Notes under the pieces: model-generated
The model's input: the letters and a program-made list of their open reading frames with translations, nothing else
Database searches by the model: none
What the model was told of the DNA's origin: nothing
Origin: Candidatus Ancaeobacter aquaticus
GTDB lineage: Bacteria; Auribacterota; Ancaeobacteria; Ancaeobacterales; Ancaeobacteraceae
DNA: 21,318 nt
Reading direction: 5' to 3'
Assembly (NCBI GenBank): GCA_030765405.1
Contig: JAVCCP010000045.1
Coordinates: forward strand, 62,001-83,318
Part shown: positions 1 through 7,790 of the stretch, one piece after another
How positions within the stretch are numbered: the first letter of the stretch is position 1
Layout of the letters: each line of letters opens with the position of its first letter
Position numbers and translations under genes: made by a program

Positions 1-3000
1 AAAGTTACACAAGCAGTCACAAAATGGCTTGCAGATAAAGGTGAATTTGAAAAATGTCAAAAGTTTCTATATGCCATAATGGAAAAAAATATATATGAAG
101 ATAGTGCTAAATCATTTAAAGATGCAGTGGTTTTAGATCGTATTGCGGTGCTAGTTATTATTAACTCTAAAAAGAATTTGTTGAAAATAGAATATCTTGA
201 GGCATTTGTTAATAGATTGATTTTGCAGGCAGGAACTGCTGATATAGAGTATCTATATGAATTAGTAAGTAATAATATTAATAAGGAAGATAAAGACATA
301 TTACAAAACGCTATGGGAAAAAGAATAAAACAATTGGGGGATACAGCAATAGAGGGAAACAAAGAAGACTTAGCATTGCTTGTGAATCCAAAAGGATTAG
401 GAAAGAATAAAGAAATTAGTGATTTGGCAGAAAAAGAATTGGAGATGGTAAATTCCATAGAAGAGATTTTGACGGGAGTAACTTCTATTGCTAAGCAACA
501 GGCAATAAAGAAAGTAGCAAAAGACGAAAGGGCTATTCCGAATCTTATTAAAGCATTGAATACTGAAGACGATGATGTTTGGCGCGCAGCAGTGGATGCC
601 TCAATATCTATGGGTGAGCCTGCAATAGGTGAACTTATTAAGGCTTTGGAAAGTAAAAATCATATGGTTCGTCTAGGTGCAGCTCAAATATTACAAGATA
701 TTGGCGATAAGGATGCTCTTGCTGAGCTAGAAGAAATCATAAAGCAAGAAATAAATAAAAATGTAAAGAGTTCAATGGAGTTTGCAATTAGAGATTTGAA
801 AAAGAAGCTTTTAGTCGCTGAAGTAATTCCCGCTAAAAAAGAAAAAGCTCCTCAAGCTATGGCACTGAGAGCTGAGTTGGCGTTGGCGGATCTTAAAGGT
901 TCTTCTGGATTGGATGAGTTGATTGATAAAGTAGAAGCACTAGCAAAAGGAGCTGATGAATCAGAGGCGCTTGAGGCAGTAAGTATATTAAGTGAATATG
1001 CAAGAGAAGGAGATTATAGAAATTACGCGGCAAGAGTCTTAGCGATGATAGTTCTAAATAAAAGAAGTAATACTGCTTCAGAGAAGGTTAAATCAGATGC
1101 ATATAATGCATTAAAGGAAGCAGTAGCAAATGGTAATGAAAAAGCAAAAAAATTTATTTTATCATTAAAAATAATGGAGTTAACAGATATAGCATTAGAC
1201 GAGAGCAAAACTCTAGAAGATCGAAAAAATGCAATAAAAAATATTGGATTAAGCGAAAATGGGATTTCTGCAATTAATGAATTGTTTCTGATAGCAAGCA
1301 GTGATGCTGCAGGAGATTTAATTAAAAGAGAGGCAGTTAAGATCCTTATAGAATTATCAGACTCAAGTAATGTTGGCGTAAGTCAATACGCAGAAGATAG
1401 GTTTAGTAAAATTGCAGAAGCGGAACAGAAAGAAGCCCAAGCTGAAGTGCCGGGGACAGGAGAAGCTATAAAGGAAGCGGCTAAAATGGATGAAATGGTT
1501 AAGCTGTTAAAGAGCAAGGAAGGGATTGAGAGTATTTTGGATGAAGACGTGATAGCTGTACTAAAGTATGATAAGCAATCAGATGATCTTAGTCCTGAGC
1601 AACAGGATAAATTAGCTCGCTACAAGGAATTGAAAGGACCTATCAAAAAGGGAAACGATAGGGTAAAGGATGAGTTTATCAATGGCAATAAAAAAGACGA
1701 TGGGACAAAGGAAACCGTTGTTCTGGATGTTTCCAAGGAGACGCACGATTCATATTATCGTGGAGAGGTAGATAAATTTATTGAGGGAGCGGAAGGGGCT
1801 TTTCTTCCTGTGAACCTTAACGATGAACTTTCTTTGACGAAAGATGAAGATGGTGCTAAGCACAAAGCCAAGTTGGGCTCCGAGAAAGTTGGTGGAGTTA
1901 AAGGGATGGAGAAGTTGAGAAAAGAGCAGATTGAAGTGATGGAGGCGAACGTCTCTGGATATAAGGCTGTGCTTGGTAATGACAGATACAATCGATTATT
2001 AAATAGGCTAAAAGAGATGAATTCTGCAGAATTAAAAAATATGAAGATCAACACGTTAGTGCAGCCCTGGTTTGAACTGATGGCTCAGGCAGATCGAATT
2101 CAAGGAGAGGAATACACCTATACCGCGCAGGCCCGCAAGGATTTTCTATTTGGTCTACAGGCAGACTCGGTAGCGGCGATATTGGGGGTTTTAGATGCAA
2201 AGACGCTGGAAAATTTAAAAGTGCTATTAGCGAAGAATGATAGCAACGGTGCGCGTGCTCTGTTGGTGGATATATTGAGGAAGGTGAATGCGAGCTGGCG
2301 GATAAACAATCCGTGGACGGATAATCCGTCACTTTTGCTCGACCCCTTTGATGTAGCCGAGGCAGGTGGAATAGGGGTAGGTGAGATAATGAAGGATGTA
2401 GTGGTGCTCAATGCGATTTTGCGGACATTGAACAAAAATGACGTGAATCTCCCCGCAGGGGTAAAGGAAGGCATTGATGCAGCGTTTAGTGCGGGGTTAG
2501 ACGAAGTTCTGACGAATATGGAAGATACGAGTTTGCTAGCCGCGGCGATATCGCCAGAGAAGGCAGCTCAAGAGGCTAAGAAGCTTGCACTTGCCAATGC
2601 TGAAAAAGAACGGTCTGCTAAGGAAGTGCGAGAAAAGTTAGCAGGCACACGAACCACACCGTTATTAGATGTTTATGAAATGACAGAGACTATAAAGCAG
2701 GCAGTGAAAGACGAAAATGCTGCTGATTTGTTAGATATATTAGTAAATCGTCGTGGAGAATTACATGGGGAGCAGGAAAGGCTAGTAAAAATTGCCTTAA
2801 TTGGACTTTGTGTAAATAATGAAACAATTTATACGAAAATTCAAACGGCAAAAGCAGTAGCATTTAGTGAAAAAAATAGAGATTTAACGAAAGCGCTTAA
2901 TAATATAATGACAGAATCCTTAAAGATTCAGAAAGAAAAACTGTTTACAGGTAAACAGACTGCTGGGGAAATACGAGAAAAGATAGCAGCCAAACAATCC

Positions 3001-5634
3001 GCAGCGTTAACAAATTCTATGAAAATGAAAGAGACTATAAAGCAGGCAGTGAAAGACGAAAAAGCTGATGCTTTGTTAGATATATTAGTAAATCGTCGTG
3101 GAGAATTACAGGGGGAGCAGGAAGGTGCAGTAAAAGATGCCTTAATTGGACTTTGTGCAGCGGATGAAAAAGCCAGTCGCCTTGTAAGTTCTGAAAAACG
3201 AAAGGCCCAAAGAGCCAGCAAAAAAAGTTTAGTTGCTTTACTTGATGAAATTATAGATACATCAGAAGATCCAATGTATGGAATGACGCAAATTAACAAA
3301 GAAGATCAAGAATCCCTTGCTAAAAGAAAAGCTTCTACAGCGAAAATACTTTCTTTTGCGAAGAAGACAGCTGATAAAAAAGTTATAGCACAAAAAGGGT
3401 CTTCATTCACTAGTTTGAAATCCCTGTTGTTAGGATCGGACGATCCCAGACAGAAACTACAAGCATTCAACGAACTAAAAAGAAGATCTCAAAGTAATGA
3501 GTCGGTAGATAATGCACCAAAAGCAATTTCAGTTTTACAAGACGCAGTGTTAGGAGCAGCAAACATAAATAAAAATAAACTAATAACACGCGAACTGCGT
3601 TCGGACATCATTGACGTATTATTTAGTGTTGCAACTAACAGCGAAGTAAGAAAAAATATAGAAGATGATATAAGAACAAAAGCTCATAATGCTATAAAGG
3701 AGATAATGAATAAAACCAGGTCAGCTGCTGATAAGGCTGAAAAGAAGATATTTAATAGGACAGATGCTGATTTGGATGTTATTGCTATTAATAGTAAAGC
3801 TAAAATTGCTTTTAGTAAAATGGATTCTGTGAGAGATGAACTTGATCTGGCCGCTAAAAAGAAATTGGGGGCAGGCAAAAGTTTTAAGGATATTGCAAGA
3901 GATCTTGATAGAAGAGATGAAATTGCACCCGGAAGTAAGGTTAAAAGAGCTAGTATAAAAGCTCAAGTTATAAAATTAGTAAGAAATTCAATTGAAAAAA
4001 ATATCGAAGGAGACAAGTTAACATTTACAATCAAAATTGATGGAAAAGAGGTTGCTTTAAGCATAAAGTCCGGAGAAATAAGTGAAACAGATTTCGCTCA
4101 GCCGATAGTTAAAAGAAATGCCGAGGGTAATATTACTCATGTTGATATAACGATTTCAGATAAAGATAAAGCAAAACTTATGTCAGATTTGGAGAGTAAG
4201 AAACCCGAGGAGTTTAAATCTGCTTTAGATATTCTTGCTGACCTTGTTTCTCACGAAATAGTTGAAGATAACATAAAAGTTTTCCTTGTGAGTAATTATT
4301 CCGGTGAAAATGATGAGTGGCATAACGGTGTTGCCCATGCTTTAATGGCGCGTATTGAAGGAGGTATTAATGATTTGAATATATATATGATGGATGAGTT
4401 TATGGATTTTTCTGATCTTGAAAAGATTGTCTATGAACATGAAGTTGATCCGACACATGAAGTATTTTTTAGATCGAGCTTAACAAGGATAAATAAATTC
4501 GAGAATGAAAACGCTGCAAAAGAATTTGTTAGAAATAAAGGAAAATATATTAAAGATATTTATGCGAATAAGGATATAGATTCTAAAAAGAAGATGGAGT
4601 TATTGAAAAACGTGGAAAAGATAACAAATTATGCTAAACTTCTGATCCTGTCAAAAACATTAAGTAAAGTGGCTTCTTCTTCTGAAAACATACGTATTAT
4701 TAACGGAGTCTTTCAAGGTGAATTAAAAAGAGCAATTAAAAAAGGTGAATTATCAAGAGTGAATCAACTTGTTGTGGGTATGGGAAGAAATTTCACGACA
4801 GAAGGCACACAAAAAACTGTTTTTTCAATAATTGATATGATTATAGATAATCCAAAAAGAATAGATCAATTAGTTTATGACGAGTTTCACGGTCTAAAAA
4901 TAGCAAAAGCAAAAGCAAAAGCAAAAGCAGAGAAGCCTTTAATAGAGTTATTGGAAGATTTTGATATTGATTATAATAAATTATCTGTTTCAGATAAAGA
5001 ATCAGTTAAAAAAGTCAGTATAATTTTAGCCAATGCATTGGATAACAAAATCCCTCAAAATCTGAATACTGATTTATTTATCGGTGTGAATAAAAATGTT
5101 GCAAAAGCACTCATGAATATTATAAAGAAAAAGTCAATGGATCAAGGTGTGGATTTTGTAATCGGTCATTCAGATGGCTATGAGTTCAAAAATAATAAAG
5201 TTGCTGGGCTCGTGAAAATGTGGGTACTGGGCTTAAAAACGCAAAACCTTAAAAATGTTACAATTGTTAAAGCCGATGTGAAGAATGTGCCGAATAGAGT
5301 TGCCGATGTGTGGGTAGAGAAAGGATGGGCAAAAAAAGTTAATAATAAATATGTAATTACGAAAAATATGGGGTTAATGATAGGAACACAAAGCGCGATC
5401 GGGTTCAGTGAAATAATTGATAATGAGTCTTTGGGACAGCTAAGTTCATTTCTTGTGTCAAATGCCGATGGAGAACTTAAACGTGAAAATATTGAACTTA
5501 TAGCCGAGATAGGATTACCTGAAATTGCTGAGATGTTAAAGACGGGAGATTTGGAGATACTTGATGTTCTAGATGTTGGTGTTGGTACACTTGATGATAT
5601 TGAGAAATCTGCTAATACATTGATACACGCATAA
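1..5634 (+). CDS. Giant multidomain protein, 5'-partial (at least 1877 aa); HEAT/ARM repeats, internal duplication, degenerate SecA-like C-terminal region
   Basis: The ORF track gives 79..5634, but the same frame reads KVTQAVTKWLADKGEFEKCQKFLYAI from base 1 without a stop, so the gene probably starts upstream of the window. HEAT-like repeats AIPNLIKALNTEDDDVWRAA / AIGELIKALESKNHMVRLGAAQILQDIG lie at about 530-745. Confidence 0.9.
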   Translation, partial: KVTQAVTKWLADKGEFEKCQKFLYAIMEKNIYEDSAKSFKDAVVLDRIAVLVIINSKKNLLKIEYLEAFVNRLILQAGTADIEYLYELVSNNINKEDKDILQNAMGKRIKQLGDTAIEGNKEDLALLVNPKGLGKNKEISDLAEKELEMVNSIEEILTGVTSIAKQQAIKKVAKDERAIPNLIKALNTEDDDVWRAAVDASISMGEPAIGELIKALESKNHMVRLGAAQILQDIGDKDALAELEEIIKQEINKNVKSSMEFAIRDLKKKLLVAEVIPAKKEKAPQAMALRAELALADLKGSSGLDELIDKVEALAKGADESEALEAVSILSEYAREGDYRNYAARVLAMIVLNKRSNTASEKVKSDAYNALKEAVANGNEKAKKFILSLKIMELTDIALDESKTLEDRKNAIKNIGLSENGISAINELFLIASSDAAGDLIKREAVKILIELSDSSNVGVSQYAEDRFSKIAEAEQKEAQAEVPGTGEAIKEAAKMDEMVKLLKSKEGIESILDEDVIAVLKYDKQSDDLSPEQQDKLARYKELKGPIKKGNDRVKDEFINGNKKDDGTKETVVLDVSKETHDSYYRGEVDKFIEGAEGAFLPVNLNDELSLTKDEDGAKHKAKLGSEKVGGVKGMEKLRKEQIEVMEANVSGYKAVLGNDRYNRLLNRLKEMNSAELKNMKINTLVQPWFELMAQADRIQGEEYTYTAQARKDFLFGLQADSVAAILGVLDAKTLENLKVLLAKNDSNGARALLVDILRKVNASWRINNPWTDNPSLLLDPFDVAEAGGIGVGEIMKDVVVLNAILRTLNKNDVNLPAGVKEGIDAAFSAGLDEVLTNMEDTSLLAAAISPEKAAQEAKKLALANAEKERSAKEVREKLAGTRTTPLLDVYEMTETIKQAVKDENAADLLDILVNRRGELHGEQERLVKIALIGLCVNNETIYTKIQTAKAVAFSEKNRDLTKALNNIMTESLKIQKEKLFTGKQTAGEIREKIAAKQSAALTNSMKMKETIKQAVKDEKADALLDILVNRRGELQGEQEGAVKDALIGLCAADEKASRLVSSEKRKAQRASKKSLVALLDEIIDTSEDPMYGMTQINKEDQESLAKRKASTAKILSFAKKTADKKVIAQKGSSFTSLKSLLLGSDDPRQKLQAFNELKRRSQSNESVDNAPKAISVLQDAVLGAANINKNKLITRELRSDIIDVLFSVATNSEVRKNIEDDIRTKAHNAIKEIMNKTRSAADKAEKKIFNRTDADLDVIAINSKAKIAFSKMDSVRDELDLAAKKKLGAGKSFKDIARDLDRRDEIAPGSKVKRASIKAQVIKLVRNSIEKNIEGDKLTFTIKIDGKEVALSIKSGEISETDFAQPIVKRNAEGNITHVDITISDKDKAKLMSDLESKKPEEFKSALDILADLVSHEIVEDNIKVFLVSNYSGENDEWHNGVAHALMARIEGGINDLNIYMMDEFMDFSDLEKIVYEHEVDPTHEVFFRSSLTRINKFENENAAKEFVRNKGKYIKDIYANKDIDSKKKMELLKNVEKITNYAKLLILSKTLSKVASSSENIRIINGVFQGELKRAIKKGELSRVNQLVVGMGRNFTTEGTQKTVFSIIDMIIDNPKRIDQLVYDEFHGLKIAKAKAKAKAEKPLIELLEDFDIDYNKLSVSDKESVKKVSIILANALDNKIPQNLNTDLFIGVNKNVAKALMNIIKKKSMDQGVDFVIGHSDGYEFKNNKVAGLVKMWVLGLKTQNLKNVTIVKADVKNVPNRVADVWVEKGWAKKVNNKYVITKNMGLMIGTQSAIGFSEIIDNESLGQLSSFLVSNADGELKRENIELIAEIGLPEIAEMLKTGDLEILDVLDVGVGTLDDIEKSANTLIHA
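2686..3157 (+). repeat. Intragenic direct repeat: two 127-bp near-identical cores (2686-2812 and 3031-3157), 345 bp apart
   Basis: ETIKQAVKDENAADLLDILVNRRGELHGEQERLVKIALIGLC vs ETIKQAVKDEKADALLDILVNRRGELQGEQEGAVKDALIGLC; the DNA is also highly similar. Confidence 0.95.
4903..4929 (+). repeat. In-frame (GCAAAA)4.5 microsatellite encoding AKAKAKAKA
   Basis: Read directly from the sequence. Confidence 0.9.
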
Positions 5635-5674
5635 AAACGTATCATGTATTGCGTGCAGTGTAGGGTGTAAAAAC

Positions 5675-5717
5675 AAAAAGGCGGTTCGGGGTTATATTAT
5701 ACCGGGCCGCTTTTTTT
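5675..5717 (+). terminator. Intrinsic terminator after the giant gene
   Basis: GCGGTTCGG...CCGGGCCGC stem (with G-U pairs) followed by T7 and preceded by an A-run. Confidence 0.7.
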
Positions 5718-5719
5718 GC

Positions 5720-5853
5720 TAGAAAAGGGGACAGCGCCCTTTTTTTTAGCGTTCATTATAATGTGCGATTTTCACCGCGTAGGAGACCTACGCCAAGCCC
5801 CTAGTTATACACCGCGTAGGAGTCTCTTTGAGCCACCTACGCGGTGGGGGTGT
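5720..5853. repeat. Composite REP-like palindromic element, copy 1
   Basis: AAAAGGG-GACAGCG-CCCTTTT hairpin, then GTAGG-AGA-CCTAC, then a 37-nt hairpin CACCGCGTAGG...CCTACGCGGTG (5810-5846). Nearly identical to 8052-8184. Confidence 0.9.
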
Positions 5854-5889
5854 TGGTCGGAGTCTGGTGGGTGGAGCAAATCTTTATTC

Positions 5890-5917
5890 TTGACAAATGG
5901 ATGTGTTATGTTAATGT
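5890..5917 (+). promoter_or_regulatory. Sigma70-type promoter candidate upstream of the DUF4160/DUF2442 pair
   Basis: TTGACA-N16-TAATGT with an extended -10 TGn. Confidence 0.5.
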
Positions 5918-5934
5918 TAACGCACGATAAGACC

Positions 5935-6026
5935 TTTAAGAATTCAGTATCCGACATATCATTCCGCTGTTCTGTACCGTTGCTTTTTCGAGCATCGCTT
6001 CCAGCTGGTGAATTCGGATGTTATGT
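5935..6026 (+). other. Degenerate attC-like site (right half well formed)
   Basis: GGTGAAT (L') - TCGGAT (6 nt) - GTTATGT (R', GTTRRRY-like) at 6007-6026, 26 nt before the next ATG. An ATTCA...CCGAC left-arm trace is present but there is no proper R'' box. Confidence 0.4.
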
Positions 6027-6052
6027 GCAAAAAAATGTGCGGGAGGTGAAGA

Positions 6053-6319
6053 ATGCCGACAATTTCTGTGTTTTATGGAATTATTATTAGGATGTATTGT
6101 TCCCCGGGGGAACATAATCCCCCACATTTTCATGCGTATTATCAAGACAATAAAGCTATTATTGATATCAACACATGTGAATTAAAAGAAGGGAAATTAC
6201 CATTAAAACAAATGAAACTTGTATTAGCATGGGCTGAAATACGTAAGGAAGATTTGCTGGCAGACTGGGAATTAGCATCAAAGGGGGATCTTCCATTTAA
6301 AATAGAACCATTGAAATAA
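6053..6319 (+). CDS. DUF4160 family toxin (DhiT-like)
   Basis: MPTISxFYGIIIRMY...EHNPPHFHAYY...LPxKQxKLVLAWAEI signature; GGAGG RBS; 4 nt from a DUF2442 gene. Confidence 0.9.
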   Translation: MPTISVFYGIIIRMYCSPGEHNPPHFHAYYQDNKAIIDINTCELKEGKLPLKQMKLVLAWAEIRKEDLLADWELASKGDLPFKIEPLK

Positions 6320-6323
6320 AGGG

Positions 6324-6572
6324 ATGAAGTATATGTATTTATCTGTAGTAGATGTAAAGCCATTAGAAGGATATAAATTGTTATTAACATTTGAAAATAA
6401 AGAAATCCGAGCTTTTGATGTATCTCCGTATTTAAGCATAGGAGAATTTTCCAAGCTAAAAGACATTTCTTTATTTAACACGGTAGCAGTGAAATTTGAC
6501 TCTATTGAATGGAGTAATCATTTAGATTTGGATCCTGAATTATTGTATCAAAAAAGTGTCAGAGTGTTATAG
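6324..6572 (+). CDS. DUF2442 family antitoxin (DhiA-like)
   Basis: VKPLEGYKLLLTFENKEIRAFDVSPYL...F..V......IEWSNHLDLDPELLY pattern. Confidence 0.9.
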   Translation: MKYMYLSVVDVKPLEGYKLLLTFENKEIRAFDVSPYLSIGEFSKLKDISLFNTVAVKFDSIEWSNHLDLDPELLYQKSVRVL

Positions 6573-6573
6573 T

Positions 6574-6597
6574 AAAAGGGGACAGCGCCCTTTTTTT
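6574..6597. repeat. Isolated AAAAGGGGACAGCGCCCTTTT hairpin (partial REP-like copy)
   Basis: Same hairpin as at 5723, 8055 and 9098; lies immediately after the DUF2442 stop codon. Confidence 0.9.
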
Positions 6598-6598
6598 A

Positions 6599-6688
6599 AT
6601 GAGCGAAGAGATTAGATTTGCATTAGAAAAGCTTGAGAATGCTGTTTACAAACTAAAAGAAGCTTTCAGGCTCGGATGGATACAATGA
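6599..6688 (+). pseudogene. Remnant of an HI0074-like nucleotidyltransferase substrate-binding (HEPN) gene
   Basis: MSEEIRFALEKLENAVYKLKEAFRLGWIQ*: the N-terminal helix is typical of the family and is joined to an EAFRLGWI segment normally found later in the protein. Not in the ORF track. Confidence 0.5.
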
Positions 6689-6882
6689 AACAATTTGTCA
6701 ATACGATAATTGCTACAAATGAGGGAAAAGAAGATCAACTTGATAAGAAAACGCAAAAAGTATTGCAGGCTAACGGGATAGAAGCAAACGGTGTACTTAA
6801 TCTCTTGCCTGAAGTTACTCGTGACGATAAATTCTTTAATGACCTGCAGGATGCTATGAAGACGATGGCGTTTCAGGCGTAA
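6637..6882 (+). pseudogene. Orphan coding fragment resembling the C-terminus of a giant protein
   Basis: Frame open from 6637 (ORF track Met at 6676). Ends GVLNLL...FFNDLQDAMKTMAFQA*, compared with the giant gene end GDLEIL...TLDDIEKSANTLIHA*. Confidence 0.4.
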
Positions 6883-6885
6883 ATT

Positions 6886-6917
6886 CGTTCGTCGTTCATG
6901 GTTCATAGTTCATAGAC
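6886..6917. repeat. Degenerate heptamer tandem array
   Basis: CGTTCGT CGTTCAT GGTTCAT AGTTCAT AGAC. Confidence 0.8.
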
Positions 6918-6989
6918 AAACCAGTTCATACTTTTCTATTGTAAACCTTTGCAGAATTGTCCTTTTGAGATTATTTATATCCATTTATT

Positions 6990-7058
6990 TACACCGCCCC
7001 GATATTATCGGGGCGGTGGGGGTGTTGGTCGGAGTCTCTTCGAGCCACCTACGCGGTG
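6990..7058. repeat. Variant REP-like hairpin plus the right half of the 37-nt unit
   Basis: Perfect 12-bp stem CACCGCCCCGAT-ATT-ATCGGGGCGGTG (6992-7018). Its 25-nt right flank is identical to 5841-5865. Confidence 0.9.
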
Positions 7059-7152
7059 GGGGTGGTTTTTGTTCCTAAAAAAGGTTGATTTTCCTTATGT
7101 TTGCCAGTAAAGTATACACTCATTTTGCGCCTGTAGCTCAACTGGATAGAGT
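7033..7152 (+). repeat. 120-bp direct repeat of 9283-9402 (REP half, tRNA promoter, tRNA 5' end)
   Basis: 6 mismatches in 120 nt by manual alignment, offset 2250 bp. Confidence 0.95.
7085..7113 (+). promoter_or_regulatory. Duplicated tRNA promoter
   Basis: TTGATT-N17-TAAAGT, both hexamers identical to 9335-9363. Confidence 0.6.
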
Positions 7153-7171
7153 GTTGGTCTTCTAAGCCGAG
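7127..7171 (+). pseudogene. 5'-half tRNA-Arg with TCT anticodon (no T-arm, no 3' acceptor strand)
   Basis: First 26 nt are identical to the tRNA at 9377. Anticodon arm is TTGGT-CTTCTAA-GCCGA; the sequence then diverges with no TTCG loop. Confidence 0.85.
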
Positions 7172-7246
7172 GAGTGCCATTGCCTATTTATAGACATAAT
7201 TTCTTGTATCGTTCAGGAAATAATAATAAGGTATTCCGAAAAAAAT

Positions 7247-7786
7247 ATGAGTGAAGAACTTGAAGTATTAAAAATAGTTACACAGCGCTTAAACCAATCA
7301 AATATTGTTTATATGATTTCAGGTTCAATAGCGGCAAATTACTATACTGTGCCGCGAATGACAAGAGATATAGATATTGTAATTGAGCTAACAAAAGCTG
7401 ATACTAGTAAATTCGTTGCTCTTTTTCAAGATGATTTTTATATGGATGAAAAGGCGATTGAGAAAGAAGTTTCTCGCCATGGAATCTTCAATTTGATTCA
7501 CAACCAATATGTCATTAAAATAGATTTCATTATCCGGAAAGAATCAGAGTTTCAAGATTCCGTTTTCTCCCGTAGAAAAAAGGTTCAGGTAGAAAACAGC
7601 CCAATGTGGTTTGTTTCCGCGGAAGATTTAATTTTAGTAAAATTGCTCTGGGCTAAAGACAGCTATTCAGAAGTGCAGTTGAAAGATGTGCAAAACCTAA
7701 TAAAAACAGTAAATGATTTAGATCTGGAGCATATTAAAAAGTGGGTTTTACGGTTAGGATTAGAGCAAGTGTATAGAGAGGTCTAA
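7247..7786 (+). CDS. Pol-beta superfamily nucleotidyltransferase (DUF6036/AbiEii-like), probable TA toxin
   Basis: YMISGSIAANYY..PRMTRDIDIVI (GS...DxD) and C-terminal SAEDLILxKL...Q.KDV motifs. Confidence 0.8.
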   Translation: MSEELEVLKIVTQRLNQSNIVYMISGSIAANYYTVPRMTRDIDIVIELTKADTSKFVALFQDDFYMDEKAIEKEVSRHGIFNLIHNQYVIKIDFIIRKESEFQDSVFSRRKKVQVENSPMWFVSAEDLILVKLLWAKDSYSEVQLKDVQNLIKTVNDLDLEHIKKWVLRLGLEQVYREV

Positions 7787-7790
7787 CAGA

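Noticed and set aside
57..5645. Minus-strand ORFs inside the giant gene
   Set aside because: Antisense shadows with Ser/Phe/Leu-rich composition, no motifs and no RBS.
5716..6090. 124-aa ORF
   Set aside because: It runs through the REP element, promoter and attC-like site. Its similarity to ORF 9052-9360 is just the DNA repeat.
7127..7250. Intron-split or permuted tRNA
   Set aside because: No orphan 3' half (T-arm plus CAGGCGC) occurs in the window and there is no room for an intron; only a wider search could revive this.
7780..7787. GTCTAAC (attC R''-like) overlapping the nucleotidyltransferase stop codon
   Set aside because: No complementary GTTAGAC or L boxes follow and the next gene starts at once; likely chance.
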